From the IMG/VR virus record IMGVR_UViG_3300045974_000549, positions 3,499 through 67,498 of that record: a DNA stretch of 64,000 nt, one strand, 5' to 3'. This document shows positions 56,428 to 64,000 of the stretch, one piece after another; positions within the stretch are counted from its first letter, which is position 1; each line of letters begins with the position of its first letter. The stretch comes from a virus. The position numbers and the translations under genes were made by a program. Under the pieces are notes generated by a model that saw only the letters and a program-made list of their open reading frames with translations, did no database searches and was not told the DNA's origin.

Positions 56428-56729
56428 GTCATTCAGTTTATAAATACGAAATTGAACAAAAAGATGTAAATATACTAGAACTTCCTATCGGTGCTAGTTT
56501 GCTGAGAATAGATAACAACCAAACCACTCAGAAATGGGTGCTTTGGGCTTTAGTTTCGGTAAATGGAACAATTCTCCAGCAAAAGAAAATTCGAATCTTT
56601 GGTACTGGCCATCAAATAGATTCTGTTAAAAACTTGGTTTATATTAACACTTTTTTCCAACCAAGTCACCATGGAATGCTTGTATGGCATGCTTTTGAGG
56701 AAACCAATGACAAATCAAATCCTTCATAA
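56424..56729 (+). CDS. Conserved hypothetical phage protein
   Basis: 'VYKY...LP.GA..L...LWALV...IFGTGH...VWH.FE' pattern. Confidence 0.7.
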   Translation: MSHSVYKYEIEQKDVNILELPIGASLLRIDNNQTTQKWVLWALVSVNGTILQQKKIRIFGTGHQIDSVKNLVYINTFFQPSHHGMLVWHAFEETNDKSNPS

Positions 56730-57282
56730 TCCAGTAAGTTTTATTAAAGTTGTAAAAGGTTTCCCGTCCACTGATGTCTCGTTCATTGATATGAGTAAGT
56801 TTTATTCAACACCTGGATGGCACCAAATCCTTGAAAAATTTAGAATTGATGACCCAGAGGCAATTTTTCTAGGTGTTGAATCTCGTGGTTTTATAATCGC
56901 ATCGGCACTAGCTACCATTTATGGTATGGGTTTTGGTATGATAAGGAAAGCGGGTAAATTACCCAATCCTTCTGCTCAAATTGCATATTCACTTGAATAT
57001 GGTGAAGGTAAACTTGAGTCTCCAGAATCTATGCCAAAGAAGGCTTATATAGTTGACGATGTAACTGCCACTGGCGGTACGTTAATGTGTGCAAGACAAC
57101 TTTGTTTACAAACTGGATGTGAAGTTCTTGGTCTTTTGTCTTTGGTAAATATCCCACGCTTAAATTCTAAGATGTTTGCCCATCTCCCCACTCAAAACAT
57201 TATTAACGCTAATTTAAGCGATAGTAAGGATTACACGTTTGAAATTAACAAAACATGGGGAGTATATGAATTCGATGCTTGA
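56671..57282 (+). CDS. apt: Adenine phosphoribosyltransferase (probable start 56707)
   Basis: 'FP...V.F.D', 'GVESRGFI', 'IRKAGKLP', 'YSLEYG', 'IVDDVTATGGT'. Confidence 0.9.
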   Translation: MECLYGMLLRKPMTNQILHNPVSFIKVVKGFPSTDVSFIDMSKFYSTPGWHQILEKFRIDDPEAIFLGVESRGFIIASALATIYGMGFGMIRKAGKLPNPSAQIAYSLEYGEGKLESPESMPKKAYIVDDVTATGGTLMCARQLCLQTGCEVLGLLSLVNIPRLNSKMFAHLPTQNIINANLSDSKDYTFEINKTWGVYEFDA

Positions 57283-57439
57283 AGCAATGAAAAAGGCCGG
57301 AATGGTTACTGAAGACCAAGCCAAAAAAGTTGAAGAAGAAAAACGAAGAGTAGAAACAGAACGCAAATATCGGGAGAGGCAACAAGCAAAGGCTGAATTA
57401 CAAGCACAAACTTCTCAACAACCAGCTACTGTTGGTTAA
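57239..57439 (+). CDS. Small helical protein
   Basis: Probable start at MNSMLEAMKKAG, after GGGAG. Confidence 0.55.
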   Translation: MKLTKHGEYMNSMLEAMKKAGMVTEDQAKKVEEEKRRVETERKYRERQQAKAELQAQTSQQPATVG

Positions 57440-57440
57440 A

Positions 57441-57560
57441 ATGGAATATCTAAATTGGTATTCCGAACATTACATTATAGGGACCATACTTGCTTTAATC
57501 ATTGTTCAAGGTGGTGGTACTATAATAATCGAAGTAATAAGAGCACTGGTAAGGAAATAA
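57441..57560 (+). CDS. Small membrane peptide (39 aa)
   Basis: MEYLNWYSEHYIIGTILALIIV...; fills the gap. Confidence 0.45.
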   Translation: MEYLNWYSEHYIIGTILALIIVQGGGTIIIEVIRALVRK

Positions 57561-57569
57561 GGGGTAATT

Positions 57570-57791
57570 ATGGCAGAAAACGAAGAATTTGATTATGCTG
57601 ATGCTGAAAAAAAGATAACTGCAATCATCAATTGGGCAGGACACGAAAAACCTGATTTTGACGATGAGTTTGTGCTTGATATGCAGGAAAAACTTGATAA
57701 ATATGGTAAACTATTCCCAGGTCAAATAAAAGCTATTAACAACATTGTTGATCGTTTTGAAATTGATGTTGACCAATACTCGGATGTGTGA
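57570..57791 (+). CDS. Acidic hypothetical protein
   Basis: AAGGGG RBS. Confidence 0.6.
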   Translation: MAENEEFDYADAEKKITAIINWAGHEKPDFDDEFVLDMQEKLDKYGKLFPGQIKAINNIVDRFEIDVDQYSDV

Positions 57792-58128
57792 GATGGATAA
57801 AATAAAAGGTTGGATTACTTGGCCAGATCAATACGAACAAAGTTGGTGCCATTGTAGCTTAATACTTGAAAATGGATGGCCTATTTATGGACATCTTTGT
57901 TCTCACCCAGGATATGCACTAGGTGATCTTTGGAGATCAGAAAGAAAAAATGACTGGGAAAAAGCAGGTCTCGAACTGGAGATTGTTGCTCAATGTCCTT
58001 ATTCTGAGTTACCAGCACATGTCACAGAAAATAATAAAACCGATGGGTATGTAGAATTTGCAAATAAATTCTTCCCACAATACCTAAAAGAACCTCAACA
58101 ACCATCGGTTGAAGCGGTTATTGAATGA
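57745..58128 (+). CDS. Hypothetical protein (probable start at MDKIKG)
   Basis: 'GHLCSHPGYALGDL' motif. Confidence 0.6.
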   Translation: MLIVLKLMLTNTRMCEMDKIKGWITWPDQYEQSWCHCSLILENGWPIYGHLCSHPGYALGDLWRSERKNDWEKAGLELEIVAQCPYSELPAHVTENNKTDGYVEFANKFFPQYLKEPQQPSVEAVIE

Positions 58129-58134
58129 GGATAA

Positions 58135-58938
58135 GTGAATATAGATTTTAGTCAGTATCTAATTGTACTCGGCCTTGACCCTAATCAACAGCATACAGCA
58201 GAAGAAGTAAAAAAGAAATACAGGGAACTTTGCTTCATTCATCACCCAGATAAAGGTGGTGATCCTGAAATGTTTAAAAAGATTAACATGGCCTATGAGA
58301 TGATAACAAACCCATCTTATAGGGACAAATTTCTTAGAAACGAAATCCCTCTTGATATGAGGATTCAAGTACCAATTTCGTTTGAACAGGCTTTTTTCGG
58401 ACATGTAGTAACAATTACATACAACAAAATTGAATTTGAAGAGTCCCAACCAACAATCAAAATTAAAAAACACCAAGAATTAGAAACCACAGTGTTTAAT
58501 TATCCATCAGGTGTAATGTCTAACTATACTCATAAAATAATTGGTGGTGGTATCAGCTATAAGTCAAATGTTGGTGACGCTTATTTTGACATACTTGTTC
58601 GTCAACACCCAAAGTTTAGAGTAGAATCTAATAATGTAGTTACTAAAGAACATGTAGATTTAGAAGTTTTAATCAAAGGTGGTATCATACAAGTACAGAC
58701 TATGTATGGCATTAAGGAAGTAAAGATCAGACCTGGTACTTCCCCAGGGTCACTTCTTAAAATACCTAACTGCGGAGTGAATTCTTCTCATTACCATGTA
58801 ATAGTGGTGGTGCCATTGTTCCCTTCTGAGGCAGACCTTAAGAACAAAACCAAATTCAAAGGTTTAGATATTAACTGGGATGAATGGGAAGACCCTAAAC
58901 AAGAGCCACTTACTATTACTTATTTTATCTCAGGATAA
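58135..58938 (+). CDS. DnaJ-family co-chaperone (J domain + C-terminal domain, no Zn finger)
   Basis: 'HHPDKGGDPEMFKKINMAYE', 'ISFEQAFFG', 'GD', 'IRPGT.PG'. Confidence 0.9.
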   Translation: MNIDFSQYLIVLGLDPNQQHTAEEVKKKYRELCFIHHPDKGGDPEMFKKINMAYEMITNPSYRDKFLRNEIPLDMRIQVPISFEQAFFGHVVTITYNKIEFEESQPTIKIKKHQELETTVFNYPSGVMSNYTHKIIGGGISYKSNVGDAYFDILVRQHPKFRVESNNVVTKEHVDLEVLIKGGIIQVQTMYGIKEVKIRPGTSPGSLLKIPNCGVNSSHYHVIVVVPLFPSEADLKNKTKFKGLDINWDEWEDPKQEPLTITYFISG

Positions 58939-58959
58939 TACATCTAGTACGAATTATAC

Positions 58960-58989
58960 TTGACACGAAGTACCAGATTATGTTATACT
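58960..58989 (+). promoter_or_regulatory. sigma70-type promoter
   Basis: TTGACA-18-TATACT with a TG extension. Confidence 0.75.
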
Positions 58990-59029
58990 GATTTTGGTAG
59001 TAATAACACTACTAAAAAAGGAGTAAGTA

Positions 59030-59212
59030 ATGAGCAAAAAAGCAGAAAAACTGATTAAGTATTTACCTAAGGTACGATCAAATACTACATACGGGGAAGT
59101 AGCCAAAAAACTTCATACCGTCCCTATGGCAGTTGGGCAGATGATAAAATCTATCCACAAAAACCATCCCGAACTTAGAAAATATACAAAACGGGTTAAA
59201 TCAGCAGCTTAA
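59030..59212 (+). CDS. Small basic HTH protein resembling the MGMT/ATL DNA-binding helix
   Basis: 'TTYGEVAKKL...PMAVGQMI'; AAGGAG RBS. Confidence 0.55.
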   Translation: MSKKAEKLIKYLPKVRSNTTYGEVAKKLHTVPMAVGQMIKSIHKNHPELRKYTKRVKSAA

Positions 59213-59253
59213 TGAAGGTTTGTGATGTTATTTAAAACCCCAAAAACCTTATA

Positions 59254-59278
59254 GTGGGCTACCTCAACAGTAGCCCAC
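59254..59278. terminator. 9-bp hairpin
   Basis: gtgggctac-7nt-gtagcccac; no clean U tract. Confidence 0.4.
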
Positions 59279-59401
59279 AAACGTGTTTTCTCCCCACCCC
59301 TTCCGTTTAATTTGGTAGTATATAATAGCTACTTCAATATTCTCCGTAAGGTCTCTAGGTGATACACCAATCTCAAAATGATACATCCCAAAAGAGATAT
59401 C

Positions 59402-59431
59402 TTGACAGCACTATATTACTTATGGTATAAT
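59402..59431 (+). promoter_or_regulatory. sigma70-type promoter
   Basis: TTGACA-18-TATAAT with a TG extension. Confidence 0.8.
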
Positions 59432-59472
59432 AGAATTACAGGCTAGATGAATTACTAACTAAGGAGACGAAA

Positions 59473-60570
59473 ATGGCGAAAACAAACAGTTTACAGGCAA
59501 TACGCAAAGAACTTAATTCAAGATTTCTTGAGCGATCAGAATTAATAGACGGGATGCTTACTGCTTTGATTTCCGGTGAACCTTTGATCATGATTGGTGC
59601 ACCTGGTACTGCAAAATCAGCCATTTGTCAGGCTCTTTGCTCTTCTATTCAGGGCAAATTTTTCCCTTGGATGCTTACTCGTTTTACTGTTCCTGAAGAA
59701 CTTTTTGGTCCATTTTCTCTTAAAGGTCTTGAAAATGACAAGTACACTAGGGTTACTTCTGGAAAATTGCCTGAGGCTGATGTGGCTTTTATTGATGAAG
59801 TGGGCAAGGCTTCATCTTCTATTTCCAACACACTCCTTACTATTCTTAATGAAAAAGTGTTTTATAATGATGGACAGGCTCAACAAGTCCCACTTAAAGT
59901 CCTTTTTGGTGCATCAAATGAAGTACCACAATCGGAAGAGTTATCAGCATTTTATGATCGGTTTGTTATTAGATTTTTTGTTGAAGCCGTTTCTGAAGAT
60001 GCATCAATTCGTTGTTTGTTTGAAGGTTTCCCAACACAAAACGCAATGCCAACAATTACACCTAAAGAACTTGCAGATCTTAAAAAAGAGGCTCAATCAT
60101 TGTCGTTGCCAAAAGATGTAGTAGATATCTTGGTTTCTATCCGTCACGAAGTTAATAACGAAGGCATTTTGGTTTCTGATAGGAAATGGGTTCAAGCGGG
60201 TAGAGTTATTAGGGCTTATTCGCTTTTGCAAGGTAATAGTCAAGTTACACCCGATGATTTGGATGTACTTGTACACCTTCTTTGGTCAACTCCTGATCAA
60301 ATTGGTAAAGTAAAACGCATTGTTAACAAGTACGCAAATCCTCTTGGTGAAAAAATGCTTCAGATTGTTGACGCTGTTCGCGAACTTGACAAAGAACTTA
60401 AAGCTGGTCGTGGCGATGCAGTCGAGACATTTAAAAAGGTTAAGCATGCATCAAAAGAACTTGAAAAACTTGGTGACGGCAGTTCTAATCCTAAGTTATC
60501 TCAAGCACAGGCATTTATTAAAGGTGTACAGCGTTATATCGCTAAAACCCACCTAGGTCTTGAAGATTAA
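59473..60570 (+). CDS. MoxR/RavA-family AAA+ ATPase
   Basis: 'GAPGTAKS', 'LTRFTVPEELFGP', 'FIDEVGKA', 'ASNEVP', 'YDRF', 'SDRKW'. Confidence 0.92.
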   Translation: MAKTNSLQAIRKELNSRFLERSELIDGMLTALISGEPLIMIGAPGTAKSAICQALCSSIQGKFFPWMLTRFTVPEELFGPFSLKGLENDKYTRVTSGKLPEADVAFIDEVGKASSSISNTLLTILNEKVFYNDGQAQQVPLKVLFGASNEVPQSEELSAFYDRFVIRFFVEAVSEDASIRCLFEGFPTQNAMPTITPKELADLKKEAQSLSLPKDVVDILVSIRHEVNNEGILVSDRKWVQAGRVIRAYSLLQGNSQVTPDDLDVLVHLLWSTPDQIGKVKRIVNKYANPLGEKMLQIVDAVRELDKELKAGRGDAVETFKKVKHASKELEKLGDGSSNPKLSQAQAFIKGVQRYIAKTHLGLED

Positions 60571-60600
60571 TTAATTAAACAATAATAAAAGGAGAAAATA

Positions 60601-61443
60601 ATGAAAAACCAAATTAAAAACGCTGAAGGTTTCCCGATTCTTGGATGGTTAGTTAATTGGACAACAGTAAGAGGATTTGACATCAAAAGAGACACACTTA
60701 CTAAACTGTTAGTAAAGGTTGGTATCGAAGAAAAAATAGCGGTGGAAGTATTGCCGAAAAATGCTGCTATTCGTGCAGTTCGTGAACATTCAAAAGGTAA
60801 AGATACTTTACACAGGAAGGTAGCAGACGAACAAGCATCAATGGCATTGGTAATTGCACAGGTATCTACTAATGATGTTTTTGATGCTACATTCAATCAG
60901 ACCACTAAAGCTGTTTTTGATAAAACATCAAGGTCACTTAAAGTTGATGGTGGGTCAAAGCAGATCATAGAAGAGAGTTTTGAAAACCGCAAGAAGGTTT
61001 ATGCGTCTGACCAGTTTAGGTCAATCGTGCTCCGTTATATCAAACGGGAGTGTTTAGGCATTACTTATTTGGAGACTGGCAATGTTTATTTCGTACCAGT
61101 GTCTAAAAAAGAAGAGTTAAGAAGACTTCAGAACCTTTTTGTTGAAATTGGTGCTGATGTTAAGTTGATACTTAAAGAGGAGATTGACACTAAATCAGTT
61201 CGTTCTGTAATGTGGGATGTGACGGTCGGTGAACTTAAAAACAATCTTAAAGGTTTGCAAGAGGATTTCAAAGGATTGGATGATGAAATATCAGAACGTT
61301 CATTGGACTCTCGTCTTAATAAATATAAAGACCTTAAGACTCGTGCCGAAATGTTTGAGTCTGTGCTACAAGGTGAAGCTGAAGATTTGAAATTAGAACT
61401 TGACAAATTAACTAAACTCATTTCAAAGAAGGTACTAGCATGA
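60601..61443 (+). CDS. Conserved hypothetical protein of the type accompanying phage MoxR ATPases (DUF6744/DUF3150-like)
   Basis: 'LGWLVNW', 'GNVYFVP' and a C-terminal coiled coil. Confidence 0.6.
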   Translation: MKNQIKNAEGFPILGWLVNWTTVRGFDIKRDTLTKLLVKVGIEEKIAVEVLPKNAAIRAVREHSKGKDTLHRKVADEQASMALVIAQVSTNDVFDATFNQTTKAVFDKTSRSLKVDGGSKQIIEESFENRKKVYASDQFRSIVLRYIKRECLGITYLETGNVYFVPVSKKEELRRLQNLFVEIGADVKLILKEEIDTKSVRSVMWDVTVGELKNNLKGLQEDFKGLDDEISERSLDSRLNKYKDLKTRAEMFESVLQGEAEDLKLELDKLTKLISKKVLA

Positions 61444-61652
61444 ACAAGCCAAAATGTAAATTAGTTGGTGAGGATGGCAATGCTTTTGCCATCCTAGGTA
61501 GAGTGTCTAAAGCCTTAAAAAGAGCCGGACAGGGTGACAAAGTGGACGAATTTCGCAAAAAGGCAATGAGTGGTGATTACACCCATTTGTTGGCAACATG
61601 TATGGAATATGTGGACGATGTTGAAGAGGGAGACGAAGATGAAGACCAATAA
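61440..61652 (+). CDS. Conserved small phage protein
   Basis: 'LVGEDGNAFAILGRV..AL..AG...A.SGDY..LL'. Confidence 0.7.
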   Translation: MNKPKCKLVGEDGNAFAILGRVSKALKRAGQGDKVDEFRKKAMSGDYTHLLATCMEYVDDVEEGDEDEDQ

Positions 61653-61842
61653 AAAAGTTGTGGATAAAATGGTGGCCCATATTTCAAAGCGGATAGTTAA
61701 AATACTTAAAGAAGATGAAGATTTGAGTTTTAACATCGCGATGGAACTCACTGGTAAGAAATGGGCAAATCCAAACCAACACAGTGATTATGAAAAAGCG
61801 TGGAAAGTCGTAATATCTAAAGTATCGAAAGCATTGAGGTGA
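61570..61842 (+). CDS. Hypothetical protein (probable start at MKTNKK)
   Basis: GAGGGAG precedes the internal ATG. Confidence 0.5.
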   Translation: MVITPICWQHVWNMWTMLKRETKMKTNKKVVDKMVAHISKRIVKILKEDEDLSFNIAMELTGKKWANPNQHSDYEKAWKVVISKVSKALR

Positions 61843-62081
61843 TCAGTATGGAAAATAAAATTACACACTGTCTAAACTGTAAAGAAGAATTTAGTAATAA
61901 GAATGTTTATTCAGCTGCTGGTTGGTCGGAGACCCAAATAAGTGGGTTTTGTGAAAAATGCTTTGACGAGATCACTGCTGAACCACCGGAAGACAACTAT
62001 AATGATGGAGACTTAGAAAATGGTCCATGCTGTCCCAACTGTGGAAGACTTGAATGCAGGTGTTCTAATAGTAAAAATTGA
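61839..62081 (+). CDS. Small Cys-rich Zn-finger protein
   Basis: CLNC...ISGFCEKCFD...CPNC...CRC. Confidence 0.6.
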   Translation: MISMENKITHCLNCKEEFSNKNVYSAAGWSETQISGFCEKCFDEITAEPPEDNYNDGDLENGPCCPNCGRLECRCSNSKN

Positions 62082-62947
62082 TAACAGAAACAGGTGCCAT
62101 TGTGAAAAAGATAGAAAAAGCTAGTGACTATGTTAAGTGGTTTATTATAGGGGTTTGCAGTTTCATAGCAGTGGGTGTAATCGTTAATGAATTTTTTGAC
62201 ACCAACTATAGAATGTGGGTCATATTGGGGTTAATTGTATCCCCGTTTGCGGCTTTTGTGTATTGGAAGCTTATTAAAATAGAAAAAGCGGCCAAAGCTT
62301 TGATTTCATCCAAAGAAAAACTGCTAGTGATGGTAAGCCATGATCTTAAGAACCCGTTATCGATTATTAGGATGGCATCTGAAATAGATAAGACCAATGA
62401 AATGTCAAACATGATAATTAGACAAACTGAGTACATGCAAAAACTAATTGGGGATTTACTTATTTCTACTGCTGCTCAATTAGGAAAGCTTGAATTAACA
62501 TTGGACACTGTACCAGTAAATGAATTCATACAGTCAATAGTGGAAAGTTTCAGTAGCCAAGCGTTGGCAAAAAACATTCAACTCCTCACTGAATCCACCC
62601 AAGACTTAAAAGTTAAGTGTGACCCACTTCGTCTTACACAGATAACTTCAAATTTAGTATCAAACGCGATTAAACATACTTCCTCTGGTGGATCAGTGAC
62701 TATTACTGCCACTAAATGGAAAAACAACCAAATTTGTTTTTCAGTTAAAGACACTGGTAAAGGGATTTCTGAAGAAGATATAAAGAATATTTTTGAACCG
62801 TTCCACCAATCTGACGGTAGAAATGAAGGACACGGGATGGGACTTGCCATTGTAAAAGATTTAGTTGAAATGCATGGTGGGATTGTGTGGGCAAGTTCAA
62901 TAGTTAATAAAGGTACGAAAGTAAATTTTACTATTAAGTGTATATAA
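62078..62947 (+). CDS. Membrane sensor histidine kinase (HisKA + HATPase_c)
   Basis: Two TM segments; H box 'SHDLKNPL', N box 'NLVSNAIKH', G1 'DTGKGI', F 'IFEPF', G2 'GHGMGL'. Confidence 0.95.
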   Translation: MITETGAIVKKIEKASDYVKWFIIGVCSFIAVGVIVNEFFDTNYRMWVILGLIVSPFAAFVYWKLIKIEKAAKALISSKEKLLVMVSHDLKNPLSIIRMASEIDKTNEMSNMIIRQTEYMQKLIGDLLISTAAQLGKLELTLDTVPVNEFIQSIVESFSSQALAKNIQLLTESTQDLKVKCDPLRLTQITSNLVSNAIKHTSSGGSVTITATKWKNNQICFSVKDTGKGISEEDIKNIFEPFHQSDGRNEGHGMGLAIVKDLVEMHGGIVWASSIVNKGTKVNFTIKCI

Positions 62948-63390
62948 AGGAGACTATAATGAGCCTTAAACATTTTATCAAAGGGTTTGAAATTGATGCG
63001 GATTCGCTTGAAAACTCGGACCTAATCATTCAGGCACAAAAGGTGATGGGAAAAAGACTGTACACCATGGCAAATAGAGTCTTTAGAGAGTACACCGAAT
63101 CTCGTGACGAAGCCGTGTCTGGTGGATATTTCAAATTTGCTATGGTCCTTGGTGATTCTGCTTTTTCTTCCAAGCACGATGTAGACTATTTGTGGGAAAG
63201 GATGGGTCAACTCTATGGCACCAACAAAGCCTCTTCGGATTTTATCAAGCGAGTTCTTGGTACTATATGCATGCTTGCTGTTGCTCGTGACCCTCGTCCT
63301 TGGGCTTATAAAGATGACCCAGATAAAAAGAAAAAGGTAGCAGATGATGAAATTCCTGATGCTACTGAATATTTCATTATGAGACGGTAG
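62938..63390 (+). CDS. Hypothetical protein (probable start at MSLKH)
   Basis: AAGGAG RBS precedes the internal ATG. Confidence 0.6.
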   Translation: MYIKETIMSLKHFIKGFEIDADSLENSDLIIQAQKVMGKRLYTMANRVFREYTESRDEAVSGGYFKFAMVLGDSAFSSKHDVDYLWERMGQLYGTNKASSDFIKRVLGTICMLAVARDPRPWAYKDDPDKKKKVADDEIPDATEYFIMRR

Positions 63391-63423
63391 GTGTTTCATT
63401 CTGATACGTCCTTATACTTATGC

Positions 63424-63452
63424 TTGACATGAATTAGTAATTATAGTATAAT
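63424..63452 (+). promoter_or_regulatory. Consensus sigma70 promoter
   Basis: TTGACA-17-TATAAT. Confidence 0.85.
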
Positions 63453-63475
63453 AGAAGTATAGGTTAAACAAGGAG

Positions 63476-63745
63476 ATGTCAATGAAGAAAATCAAAGGCT
63501 TTAAAATCACGGACTCCCAGCAGCACACCTTAATTGGTACGCTGCTCTTTGGTAAGACTCCAATTGTTTTTCAAGCATCGGTCACTGCTCTTAAAAAAGC
63601 CGGATTCATGACTGTTGATAGGTATGGAAACCTAGAACTTACTGCTGTTGGTATGGAAGTAGCTTTGCAACTCCTTCAGCACAAATCAGCGGGTATTGTG
63701 TCTAAAACCAAATCAAAAATTGCTAAACTCAAGAAGGTAGCTTAA
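63476..63745 (+). CDS. Basic protein, possible winged helix
   Basis: 'SVTALKKAGFM......LELTAVG' wHTH wing pattern. Confidence 0.55.
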   Translation: MSMKKIKGFKITDSQQHTLIGTLLFGKTPIVFQASVTALKKAGFMTVDRYGNLELTAVGMEVALQLLQHKSAGIVSKTKSKIAKLKKVA

Positions 63746-63746
63746 T

Positions 63747-64000
63747 ATGAAAAAAATGACACTCTATAAAAAAACAAGCATCGGCAAAATTCAAGTTTGG
63801 TCAATTTGGGTTGAAGGTGCTACCATCAACACCGAGTCCGGACAACTTAACGGAAAAATGGTGCTTTCCCAAGACACCATAAAAGAGGGTAAGGGTTATG
63901 GTACAATCAACGAAACTACCCCACAAGAACAAGCAGTTAAAGAGGCAAAAGCCAAACATACCAAACAATTAAAAAAAGGATATGTCACCGCGATTAGTGA
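63747..64000 (+). CDS. ATP-dependent DNA ligase, N-terminal domain (truncated by the window end)
   Basis: MKKMTLYKKTSIGKIQVWSI...EGKGYGTINETTPQEQAVKEAKAK..KQLKKGY resembles the N-terminus of phage ATP ligases. Confidence 0.65.
   Translation, partial: MKKMTLYKKTSIGKIQVWSIWVEGATINTESGQLNGKMVLSQDTIKEGKGYGTINETTPQEQAVKEAKAKHTKQLKKGYVTAIS

Noticed and set aside
203-63399. Numerous short antisense ORFs in the track (e.g. 203..538, 1994..2350, 43862..44212, 62578..62973)
   Set aside because: They are shadows of well-supported genes on the opposite strand, with no RBS or recognisable motifs.
1-64000. Stop-codon reassignment
   Set aside because: Genes are intact and densely packed in code 11, and TAA, TAG and TGA all end well-defined genes.

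Overview
This window is part of a large, AT-rich lytic phage genome with a contractile tail (T4/P2-type baseplate), read in standard code 11. It has three blocks. (1) 1-22.4 kb, + strand: late genes, including baseplate hub, gp5-like spike, gp25/gp6/gpI-like wedge, several modular tail fibres and a Gly-rich adhesin. An inserted four-gene cassette holds two beta-propellers, an HxGH nucleotidyltransferase and an APS kinase, and lysis/membrane genes follow. (2) 22.5-52.9 kb, - strand: replication, recombination and nucleotide metabolism, including class II RNR, dNMP kinase, a PurZ-type adenylosuccinate synthetase homologue, sigma factor, UDG-fused family A DNA polymerase, helicase, ThyX, primase, TauE transporter, adenosine deaminase homologue, porin, PurB, UvsW, tmRNA, RecA, dUTPase, SSB and SbcCD. 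(3) 53-64 kb, + strand: small early genes behind near-consensus sigma70 promoters, including APRT, DnaJ, a MoxR ATPase, an orphan histidine kinase and the start of an ATP-dependent ligase. Best leads: a possibly self-contained 2-aminoadenine (Z) pathway (PurZ, phage PurB, kinase, atypical deaminase and APRT, with no DatZ/MazZ visible here); a putative PAPS-synthesis/sulfotransfer cassette inside the tail operon; and a one-piece tmRNA with the alphaproteobacterial GGCRGUA T-loop. All calls come from motif recognition by eye; no searches were run.
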